Source: Lingula anatina | Lineage: Eukaryota; Animalia; Brachiopoda | Reading direction: 5' to 3' | Length of the DNA stretch: 64,000 nucleotides | NCBI GenBank assembly: GCA_051362555.1 | Contig: CM120640.1 | Location: forward strand, 52,368,788 to 52,432,787 | Shown here: piece by piece, positions 38,601-51,400 of the stretch | How positions within the stretch are numbered: the first letter of the stretch is position 1 | Layout: every line of letters starts with the position of its first letter | The notes under the pieces: model-generated | Databases searched by the model: none | Seen by the model: the letters and a program-made list of their open reading frames with translations, nothing else | Told to the model about the DNA's origin: nothing | Made by a program: the position numbers and the translations under genes

Positions 38601-41600
38601 CAGTAATCTGTAGGAACATGGCATGGTTACTCAGATTTCACATGTCTCTCATTGAAATAAGGTGTAATGTCAGAAGAGTGAACCTGTCTTGTCTTTACAG
38701 CACTGTGAAGCAGCACATTATCTACTGGTACCATTATCGGATGCTGGAAATAATGTGGTATATAAACTTACAACTTGGTCACAATGCATGATGCAGGATT
38801 GGAAATTAGTTGGGGCGTTTGCATTTTAGTCATGTGTAAAGTCTTGAATAACAGAGTACTAAAATTATTCATAAAGCCTAGGTTAGTAGGTTAAATGCCA
38901 GTTTTTATCCTATTATATTAATGCATATTTTGATATTTTGACATTTGTGATAAATCAAACAAGTGACTTGAGTTTATAGAAACATTTCCATGTTTAAAGG
39001 AATTTTGCTGTACGGTATATAAATTAAAGCTTGCCACTGTTTGTCTATAATAGTTATTAAGATGAATTTTATTCTGAAAATAGGAGGTTAAAATGTTAGA
39101 TATGTTTAAGAATTGCATAAGGCATGCACATTCCTTGCTGTAATCATGCACATTAAATTGTATTTCTGTTTCACACCTTCAGTACTATACGCTGTGGAAT
39201 ATCTAACATGGTCCAGAATTGATTGAGTGTAGATGTAATTACACCTGCATTTCATGTATATTTTATGATGTCTCTACTTCAAATGACGGAGGTAGTAAAG
39301 GGTCAGAGAACTTCTGTTTGGATTCTCCTTTGATAGCCTCTTTGCGTGACCACCTGTCTGTCAGGTGAGTGAAGATGAGAATTGCTTTGTTGTGAAAGAT
39401 TGCCATGGATAATTATCCTTCTGTTATCAGAACTGTGGGGTTTTTTATGAAAAAAATTCATTTATAAAAGGAAGTTTTACCCCGTCTTTTTTTATTTGAT
39501 AAAAAATAATGGGTAATGACCAATACTTTAGTCACGAGTAAGCAATAAATGTCCTATTTGTAAGCAAAATGACAATTGTTAAAAAATAAGAACTATTGTA
39601 GCCATTTTTATGGTTTACAAAATTAATATTATTCAGATTTTCACAATGAAATAGTTCTTGGCTTAGCCTGGAACAGTAGCATGGTATTGCTGTGCTCAGG
39701 ATAACTTCATTTCACAATGACAGTAATTATCAAAATAGTTCCCAGATTAAGATGCAACCAGCCACTTTCTCTGATCACTGACAGAAGGCAAGGGAAGATG
39801 AAAACACAGCAGGTCTCTAAAGCCCCTGAATAGACCTCTCTCCATAGTCCATCATTGTGTAGTCTGCAGCTCTGGAGGCTAGTAACTGATCCCTTACCTG
39901 TCATAGTGAAGACTTGAAGGGACTGCCACCTTGACAAGTATAATTATAGGTTTTTATAAGAGTACTTCAAAAGCAAGCATTGTTATCCTTGACCACACAG
40001 CTATTAAGCCATTTAAAAAAGAATCCACTTCAAAGAGACACTCCAACACGTTGCTGTAACAGATCAAAGATTTTGAATTAAAATTAAACTGAAAAGATAC
40101 AGGTGCACTGGGAGGGCTTCAGGGTGAATACCAACACAGAGGAACACCTGACACATACCCTTCTGATATATAGTTTCTTTTCTTTTTCTCCCCCCCACCC
40201 CCCACCCCTCATATATTATGCCATATATTTTAGTCCATTTTGTGTTGTGTGATGCTCATACTGCCAAAAGCTAAATTTTAATCTTTCATTTTTTACTATT
40301 GAGACATTTATGATTTAAAAACCATTTGAACATAATTTAAAGTTGCAGATTACGTAAATATCAGAATGATCTTTTTAATAGATTATGATACGAAACAGCA
40401 GAAAATCATTAGCTAAGCGAAAAATGATCAAGTTGAATTAATGATATATGTATCCAATTGTTCCTCGTGTCATTGCAAATATTAGGATGAGATTTATTAT
40501 TCCACATCATGTGTCAATTCCATTGAAATAATCACTTAGGCCATCAGATTTGTGTGTGGAGCAGTTGGAAAACTAATTGTATAAGTCACCCAATTATACC
40601 CCATTAATATCCATTAACAGTTATGACATTCTCCATAATAATCTTGAATCTGTTCAAGTCAGTAGCCTAATGAGGCAGGGAGAAATGGCATGTGGTGGGG
40701 CAACTCTTCATGTGTCAACACCTTCATCAACATGGAATTTCCTGGTGGATAGTTCCTTAATGTTACCATACTCTTCTAGAATGAACTGAAATGATAAATC
40801 TAGAGAATTTAAATTCCGTTTGATACAATTATTACATTTACCTTATATTAAAAAACCATATCAAAATTTTAAGCCAAAGAAATCATCCTCACTCAAACAG
40901 CCCAATATAGTGATCCTCTAAACAGTGAGACAATAATAATGACTTGGGGTTTTGAAGGTTTTAATGCTTGAAAAAATGGATTGATATTTTAATGTTGAGA
41001 AAAGGGAGAAAATATAGTTTTTAGTAGGAGAAATATCTCAATGACCAGGTTTCTAATCAGCAATAGGACATAGATTTGATTTTATTTAGAGTGCTTTACG
41101 TAAACATCGGCAACCAGCGCCCTTTTCCAAACCTCTCCAGTGTAGGGGTGGTAGTGTCAATAACATTCCTCTTCACTGTCTTGTCATGGACTTAACTTGG
41201 GCTGTTCTTAGGTAAACTAATGACTAGTTAAGGCACAGGTAAATACTCAAGCTTGTATTATCACCTGCAACTAAGCCCCACTGACAAGAAAACATGGAAA
41301 GATAAGATAAGGGCGGATGTTCACACAAACTCAATTAGAAGGGATTTCAAAGCTAAATAAACCTGCATTATTTGTTCTTTTTTTGCATGATTTAATAAAG
41401 GCTAGTAACAAGAACATGTTAGGGCAAAGCAGATGATTGTTTTTCTTTTCTTTCTTAAAGCTTTGTGATGATTGTAATGCAAGAGCAATTAATAGTGAGT
41501 GTTTTTTTCTTGGTACTTTGTATCGAGAAATGGTGACAAGAAAATTTATTGCAGCTTCTGGATTAGAGTGAATGTGCATACAGTGTATAAAGCCAGTAGT

Positions 41601-44600
41601 TATACACTGGGGCAGGCATGTGGCTGAGGTGTCATGACAAGGGTGGTATTTTGTAAATGTAGGATCATGAAAATATCAACAAAATCAATATTTTCAACAG
41701 ATTGAAAGGCCATGTCAGAATTTTTTATCTTTTTAATGCTGTTAGGTATCCGACCATTTTGGCCATTATTGATCTCTGAGTAATTCAGATTTCTTCCTTA
41801 TTGATAACCTATTATAAACATTATTCTGACTTACACCTTGTTTTTCAAACAGGTTGTCAGCTGGTGCAGACTCTCCAATCAGTTATATGTCTATTTCTGT
41901 GAGAAAAAAAACCTTTTGTTAGGTGACAAAGAAGAATGTTCAACAGACAGACCAGCAAACAAGGTTTTTAAAAATGTCTCCCAAATTCCTATCAAGACAT
42001 GATGGATGGTATCTGTACAGTGGACTGGACTATGTTACTTATAGATCTATGGAATTTGTGGTGACTAATGTTTTTTTTTTCCTTTTAACCAGTGTTTTCT
42101 GATAACCTATACTACTTGAGTCCTGTGGAAGGTGTTATGTGATAGGAAAAGGAAGAATTATAGCACCCTGTCACTTTACATTAATGTCTGCCCATTGGTT
42201 TTAGAAGAATACTTCTGGTATGCTTAAAGTGACAAGCATATGGTGTGGGAATTGTGAATAGGACAGGGGGTTGACCATAGTGAGGTTTTAATGGCCACAC
42301 CCATGTATAAGCCAGCATGTCCCACAGATAGTTGTTTCCAGCAAAATGCCATCCATAAAAGTTTGTTTTTTTTAAATAGATTTATGTACATGTGTGGCAT
42401 ACAATTTTTTACATTATCCATTTATGGTATGTTCAGTTTTTTCACAGGGATTTTTTTCCGTGATTAAGTTGACCAAGTTAGTGTAAGGTCTTGACTAGAC
42501 AGTGGGGTTATTTGGGTACAGTACTCATCAGATTTTTTATCTCTTTAGAAGGCTTTTACAGACTGTAGCTTATTATAAAATCTAGACTTCTGAGTACATG
42601 TTCCTAAAATATAGTCAGGGGATTATTATCTACTGGGAATAAAAACATACCAAGCTAATGGATGCTAATGCAGCAGTTTGTAATTTTGGTGCATGTATAG
42701 TGCTTAATGTATCAGACTAATACTTGTGTCATGTTTTTTTCAGAGGCAATTGGTATTTAGATCATTTTTATCAAATGTGCATTTCAGACATCTATTTACA
42801 CTTTTTTTGCACTTTTCAGAGATGTGCTTTTTATCAAGCATTTATTGTAATTGTACAAGTGTCCCCTGTGTGTTTGTTTAAAATCCCTGTGTTAACAATT
42901 TCCCCCCACTTCTGATGCAGGGAAGTACTCACTAGGTGCCTGTTGTTTCGCCTGCAGTGTCATTTTGCTACAGAATGTTTGACAGCTGGGGGGTCTGTTC
43001 TTTAGCAGTAATCTTGTTCTCTCTTTATCTTAAATAATCCAACAGTCATGATTTTGCTCCCCCTAATGAAAATAGAGAGAGCCTAAATATGAGGCTGTTG
43101 GCACTGTGTGATTTCATACAAAACTAGAAAATGTGCAAGTTTCCCTGTAAGTTTACAGTTCATTGAAATTCTTGTTCTTTTACCAAAACAAGCCATGTAT
43201 ATGATTATGATGTACAAATAAAAATGTTGGTGATATCATCCCTATGAACTCTTTCTTATTTATATTTTAGGATGACGAGTTTGATGATCTTTTTCTTGGA
43301 GACTCAGCAGATGAGCTGGATATTTTGGCCAAAAAGAAGCATGATTTAGAGGAGTTTGAGAGGGCACATGGTTTTCAAGTTTTTGCTGGTCCCAAGGAGC
43401 TGAAAGGGAAGAAGAGAGTTGTGGTGGATGGCTTTCTTACAGATGAACAATGTGGCTGGCTAAAAGAACTGGCCAATGTAGGTATCATATATATATATAT
43501 CTGCAAGTCCACGTTACTGGGTAACAATGGGTATATCATCTTTGAAAATCTGTCAAAATATTCCAATGTGTTGCATTACATGGGGGTGCTTTCATGTGAA
43601 AGGGGATGGATTTGTCTTATTATAACAACAATTTTGTTTTGTGCCAACATGGAAGCTGGCTGGGTATGAAAATGAAACTCCCATTCTCATCCAGATGTGA
43701 GCCTCATTTTGACATCCAACCAATTCAAGTTACCTATATTATTGGGTTGGTGCAAAAATGAGACAACATTGATACATAGCTCTCCATCAATTGATTAACA
43801 TGGATGAGTAGCTCTGTACATTCCAAATGAATAGTTAATGTGGTAAATGCTAGTACATTTTAACTAAAGTACAGTTTTTTTATTCATTGACTGATAAAAG
43901 AGAATATACATGTACAAGAAGAAAAGACCCAAGTTGCCACAAATAAAATTTCTCATAATTGGTAGGACATACAGTAAATATAAAACAGATAGAATTTGAT
44001 AAAAAAAAAAATAATGCATTTTTCAAGTTACCACTTGGAGGCATTGTTATCTGTCATCAAATTGTCATATCATTTTGCAATTTTAACCTTTAAAATGTCT
44101 TCATTATGTGCCCGTTTTTGCAGGGATGGAATTTTTGACTACATTTTCTGGCACAATCTTACTCTTTACATCAGCTGTTTTCTGTCACTGTTAACAAATT
44201 CTGACTTAGCCTGGATTTAATGGAAAAGCATTAAAAGTTGTGGCAAATAAGCCCATTATATTGCTTAGATTTTCCCACCCCAGCAAAAAAAGCTTATAAA
44301 GACCAAAATCAGTTCTAATTGGCTTATTGTGTATGTATTTTGTTAGGCAGTGATGCATGCTCTCTAGTGCACCAAGGCCCCTTGGGGAAAGTTTGAAATT
44401 GCTAGGTGAGAGGAAAAGACAGTATAGAAGAGTATCAATTATTTTGTTTGTCCTGTATAAATGGAGACTTTATGTGAAAAAAAAGCTGAACTTTAATTTG
44501 AAAAAGGTTTTATAAGATTTGCATGTAAGCAGTATTGCTTTTTATTCAAACCTGTGACATTTTATTGGTCTTTTGGAACTTTGTCTCTTGGGAAATCAGT

Positions 44601-47600
44601 ACTTTCAGCCAGTGACTAGATTGTACTGCATTCAAAAACTCAGTTAAAATAATTGGTTCTTGTGCTACTGTAAGCCCTATTTTAATTCAAACCCAGCGGA
44701 CAGTTTCCTTTTTTCCCCTCAAAAAAAATTTTGGTAAGTATACTGATAAATGTATTACGAAGGGTTGTGGTTCAAAGTTTGATCTGTAACCAACACAGAC
44801 TACTTCACAATGTATGATGTCACAGGGTGCTGACATGTGTCTGGTTCAGGGAGAAAGGGGAAAGATTACATAAAACCACAAAATGGAAAAATGATGAACG
44901 GTCACTGATGTGTTTACATGACAAGATGTCAAAAGCTCCAAAAAAGTTATCCATTTTAATATCAGCATCACCCAAACCTCCTGTTTGCTTCTCCCAACTA
45001 ATTATACCAGATTTTTTCCATTTGCTGGATTTTTATGGGATTTGTAACCTTTTGCTCTGCTTTAGTCTGTCATAGCTCAGCTATGAGAGTAATTGTTGAT
45101 TTATGGAGAGTTTGTGTTTATTGCACTGCAAATAGTCATCAACTTCTAGGTACACAGAGCATCCAGCTGACTGCATTCTGATCCTACACAGTCATCGTTG
45201 TGGGGTTTATTGCCTATGTTTTGTATTGACCTGATCCATAAAGCAATAAATGGATTTTTAAAAATTCAGATATAGACATCAAGGAAGCACATATCAGGTA
45301 GCCTTTTAATAGTTTAAAAACAAATGAGAGCAAGAAATCTAATAAAGAAGGTGGAAGTACATTAACAACACTGCCTCTGATTGAATGGATTCTGCAAGGG
45401 CACACAGTTACCCTACTGTGATGATATGTGTACTGGACAAAGATTTATGGCTTGTTTGTTTTTTTATATTCTGTTAATTATATTAAGATGTGTTAAGTGA
45501 TTTTAAAAAATAAATTTATACTCAATGCAGGCATGTCACCAAGGATAAAGAAACATTTAAATAGGCTGATCTAATGCTTCTTTTACTTGTTGCTTTAGGT
45601 TTTATATAGTATGTGAGTAAAGGATCAAAAGCCAAATATGAAGTTACTGCTAACATTTTAATTTGAATAATTAACTGAAGGAGAACAGCATCAGTTTACT
45701 TTATCTCTTACTACTTACATTATGTATTGTTGATTATGTAATATGTTGATATTATATCTTGGCCATTTTATCATGTTCTTGCTATACCCCCATGGTGCAT
45801 GTATGTAGTTATCCTGTATTATCTCTTTATTTTTGCAACTTTTATTTTTTATAAATTTTGTAGATTGGTGGTATAAAAGGAGATGGTTATCAGCAATACA
45901 GCACACCTCACACCAAACATGAGATGTACCATGGTATCACAGTAGACAAGGCAGCTGAGGTAGGACACAACACAATGTTGTGCACGCTTTCACACCTAAC
46001 ACAATGATGAGGGAAAGTAGGAAATGGTGCAATAAGATGATGTGTTGACACATCAAACACAATCCCCTATTGATGTCAGCTGTAGAAAAAATACCTAAGG
46101 ATGATTATTGCATTTGCAAAATCACTTTAAGTATTAGTACAAGGTTGCTAAAATTGCTTTCTTAAAATTAAACTTTTATGAAGCTCTTATGGTCTATTAT
46201 CATTTTCCTTTGTCAAGCATTTTTAAAAGCACCTAGTGGCATATGTTTGAAAACATTATTTTAGTTTCATTGTAAACTTTGCTATTCCAATAAGTTTGAG
46301 TACTAGTATGCAGTCTTCCATTATAATGATGTAATTTTTTATCACAGCTTGTTGAAGGAGCCAAGATCAATATGACAGCTGCTGAACTTTACCTAAACGT
46401 CAGTGAACTAATGCGGCAGTATACTGAAAAGTACCTGAACTTGGCATCCCCGCTTTACTTTCACTTCACTCACCTAGTTTGCAGGACATCACTAGGTACA
46501 CATGTCGTGCTATACAATGTGCTAAGACACACCTAAACTCACATTAACATTGTGGGTCACATTCTTTTTTATTTATTTTTTTAATATTTGATTCGTGATA
46601 AATCTTGTTCAATGTAAATCAAAAAATTGTATCACACAGAGCTAAAAAACATTATATTCACCATGGCAGATAATTTTAATATTAATGAAAGATGGTAAAG
46701 ATTCATGGAAAAAAAAGAAATTTGTTTCATGGCGTAAGTTGATGGTCTGGGTTGTGAATTATCTTCTGTACATTGTAGATGATGGTGAAGAGAGGACAGA
46801 TCTCAGCCACCCTATCCATGCTGACAACTGTATCATGACTACAGATGGGAAATGTTTGAAGAAACTACCTGCCTTTATATGGAGAGATTACACGTGAGTT
46901 TGTTTATTGTTGGACCAGTTGTGTGCTGCCATATCTGGGAATTTATTCTGTCTTAAGACAAATAAATTATATAGTAGATTGTAAATCAAAATATATTAAT
47001 AACTCAAGGCTATATGAAAAATTTTAACACATGCCGTTTTCATTATCTCTATATTCCTTAGTTATTTATCTTATTTTGGTTTTACATTTTGATGGTGGTA
47101 TGTTGATTTAATATACCTTTTATGGAATCTTTCAGCGGACTTCTGTACCTTAATGACAACTTTGAAGGAGGGGAATTTTTCTTCGCAGACAGAAATAAGA
47201 GTATGCAAAGTTCTGTCAAACCAAAGTGTGGGCGACTGGTGTCATTTCAGGCCAGTGATTATCATGGGGTCAAAGCAGTGACCAGTGGGCAAAGGTGTGC
47301 TTTAGCAGTGTGGTTTACTCTTGACCGCATGTATCAAGAGACAGCCCATGACACAGCTTTTCAGCTGTTGGCCAAGCTGAGGGAGAATCCTGATTTGATT
47401 GGCCAAAGAAAAGGTAACAGATAGGATTGCAAAAATTGAAAGACATTGCAAATAAGATGCAAGTGAAGAGAAGAAAAAAATTTTAAACACTTTGCATACA
47501 GTAAACGTGCATCTTTTACTTAGCTAAATTTTTCAAACCAGAACCAATATCATGTAGACAAGAGATTTTTACAACTATTTATGGATTATGAACTTTTTGG

Positions 47601-48393
47601 GAACTAAAAATATCATTGGCCTTGGCTGCCCTCTGGACCCCATGCCATACTAAATGGCAATCTCATCCCTGATGCGCTTCATCCATTTATACAGTGTTTT
47701 TGTAAGTAGTTTTTCTTGATAGATACTCTTTTTCCATGACAGAAAATGAAAAAGATGACTCTGTACCTGTTGGGAAGACTAAGGCCCTGGAGGTGTATGA
47801 TGATAGTAATGTCCAGGTCATTGCAACTGATGAAGACCTCGGGGGACCACAGAGAATGGCGGCAGATGGACTAGCTACAGAGGAAGAGTGTCAAGAACTT
47901 TGTAAACTTGCCAATGTAAGGAATAGTGCCATGTCCTTTTGAATGTTTTAAAGAGAAGATTTGTATTGTTAATAAAGTGAGGTCTTTAAAGTTTGAATGT
48001 TATTAATAGTGAGTTTTCTTGCAGAACTTAACTCATCACAAGTCAGTTACAACTTATAAGACAAGTGACCCACTGTATGTGATATACAAAACTCTGCCTC
48101 TTCTCCTCTCCAACTCAACATTTTCAGGTCCCAGTCCTGTTTTGTAAATATAATTTAAGATTTGTGGCACCTGTGATGAACCCAAATATTTTGCTCTTCA
48201 GAAGTACTTCTTTTACAAGTCAATGTTTCATCCTAGGGGCATGGAAAGAGAGGGTCAGGGTATAGAGGTCATGTCTCACCACTTTCAACTCATGAGAGTT
48301 TTGAAGGTCTTGATGTACCTGAGGCAGCAGAGGTACTGGTGGACTGACAATGTTAGCCTCTTCATGTATGCTGCCTGCTCCATCAGTCTGTGT

Positions 48394-48432
<39 letters not shown>

Positions 48433-51400
48433 TTACCTTACTGTTTCATAAAACTTCCCTTTTCATGTATTACTGTGGCACAGAGAGAAATGTACATTAT
48501 TTTGCAGTGTCCTTAATCAATTTAGTGTTGCTAACCTGTGCTAACATTTCCCATTTTGATAATATGCTACAAGATATTAATTGTGGTTTGTTATTTTCAG
48601 ATCAAGATTTCAAGTGAAACTTTCTTTTCACTTGACAATTTATTTTATTTAAATTGACAAATTATAAATTATATTTTCAATTTGAATGTGGACTAGCTAT
48701 AGATCTCTCATGGCAGTTCTATCTTGATGATTTTGTTTCTGTTGACTTCCTGTTCAAAAATTGTATGCGTCTGGTATCTTTAGGTGGTAGTAATGCTTAA
48801 CAAACCACGTAAGGTCAGTAACTTAGCTGAAAACTTTTGGTGTGTACAGAGTCCCCACCAACTGGCAGCCCAGATGCTGTATTTTGAATGTGTTATTTCA
48901 GGCAGCAGCAGTACAGGGAGATGGTTACAGAGGAAAGGAGAAGCAGTCATCTCCACACACCAAGCATGAGATATTTGCAGGATTAAATGTTGTGCATGCA
49001 TATAAGGTAGACACTATAAACATCGCCACCCCAATGAAATATCAAAATTATAAGTAGTATTTTAAAATATTTTCCATAAAGTTAAATCACCCCTTTGTTA
49101 AATTGAATATGCGAGTATATCTTGATTCTCTTTATTTTATACCAAAATAACACTAACTTTACATGTGACTTCACTATACCCTGGCTCATTCTGTGTTATG
49201 TAACCAATGTATTTCTTTAGTCCATTTAATACAACTGGAAACACCTTTTTAATCAATGTAAATTAAATTTCCCATATTTGACACTAACAATTGTGTATTA
49301 TTTTAATTATGTATATATTGTGTTTTAATGTCATTTATTACTATAAGTTTCATGTTGTTTTAGTCTTGTCTATTTTGACTTTGCTCTCCATGTTTTCTTG
49401 TAATTTATAGCTATCAGAAGGCAAAGGTAGCTTAAAGATTTTATTGTACCACCAGCGTTAGCGCTGGCGGTACACATGGTTTCGGTCCCGTCCGGATCGT
49501 TCCGCCGGCTCCGCCGGCTCCGCCGGCTCCGTTGGCTCCGCCGGACGGCTACCGTTACCGCTTCTCCTCCTAGACGGTAAGGGCCCCCGTACCCATCTCA
49601 TGGATTTAGGTCACCTATAATCTCAACTCGTTCCACGTAAAATTTGGGCTTTGTTGGTATTGGGGTCTGGGTGTGGCACTCATTGCAATGCACCCTTGTC
49701 TAAAAATGGCAAAATTAAATGCTAATTATCTACCCTACGGAAGGAGTTATGGGAAAAATTTCTATAGACGGCTTTCCAAAAGTCATATGTGTAGATTTCA
49801 AATATACCCTTGGATTTGACCTTTGACCTCTACTTCAAGGTCAAATGGGCCAAAATTTTCAAAAAAATGAAATTTTTTACGAAAAAAAATTTTTTTGCCC
49901 TGTTATTCAGACACCACACAGACTAAACCAATAATATTATTGGAAAGTGTTACCCTTCAGGTCATCTTTCATCTCCATGAATTTGGGGTCAATCGGTGCA
50001 TTTTCACGGGAGTAGCGGCCATAAGATACCGAAACTGAAAACTGTCTCTAATTCGGGAACCGTTAATGCTAGAGACCCATTCTTTTTTGCATTTTGTAGA
50101 GCATGTAAAGCCCAACACTGGAGGTGGTCTCGGTTTTTTTGTATTCCATACGGTTTTCGAGTTACGCTGTATCAAAAAGTACATATTGGTGGTAAAAGCA
50201 AAATGTGCAGTACGGTAATGGATAATAAATTTTGAACTCTGGAAAAATAAAACATAAGGCTTGGCAAAGCAGACAACTTGTGTTCATAAATGACATTATT
50301 TCATCAAATTTGAACTTCTGAAACTTCAGAGCACCTCCTATTTCAAGAATTTTGACCAAAATGACATTTTCTTTATTTTAATTAATTTTTTCTGTACAAA
50401 ATTTAAGGCACATTATGGTAACTCCAAAATTATAACATCTAGTCCCTTATATCTCCAAAACTGGCAGAGATAGGTCCATAGTTACTATTGAACTTGAATA
50501 GGAAGTCATATACTGGCAATCTTACTATGACCTTGAAATTGACCTTTGACCTACTTTTCACCATGAACTGAACTTTGCAAATTTTTCTTCCCTTTTATCT
50601 CCAAAACTGGCAGAGATAGGTCCATAGTTACTATTGAACTTGAATAGGAAGTCATATACTGGCAATCTAAATGTGACCTTAAAATTGACCTTTGACCTAC
50701 TTTACACCATGAACTGAATTTTGCAAATTTTGCTTTCCTTTTATCTCCAAAACTGGCAGAGATAGGTCCGTAGTTACTATTGAACTTGAATAGGAAGTCA
50801 TATACTGGCAATCTAAATGTGACCTTAAAATTGACCTTTGACCTACTTTACACCATGAACTGAATTTTGCAAATTTTGCTTTCCTTTTATCTCCAAAACT
50901 GGCAGAGATAGGTCCGTAGTTACTATTGAACTTGAATAGGAAGTCATATACTGGCAATCTGTATGTGACATTAAAATTGACCTTTGACCTACTTTTCACC
51001 ATGAACTGAATTTTGCAAATTTTGCTTTCCTTTTATCTCCAAAACTGGCTGAGATAGGTCCGTAGTTACTATTGAACTTGAATAGGAAGTCATATACTGG
51101 CAATCTAAATGTGACCTTAAAATTGACCTTTGACCTACTTTACACCATGAACTGAATTTTGCAAATTTTGCTTTCCTTTTATCTCCAAAACTGGCTGAGA
51201 TAGGTCTGTAGTTACTATTGAACTTGAATAGGAAGTCATATACTGGCAATCTGTATGTGACATTAAAATTGACCTTTGACCTACTTTTCACCATGAACTG
51301 AATTTTGCAAATTTTGCTTTCCTTTTATCTCCAAAACTGGCTGAGATAGGTCCGTAGTTACTATTGAACTTGAATAGGAAGTCATATACTGGCAATCTAA

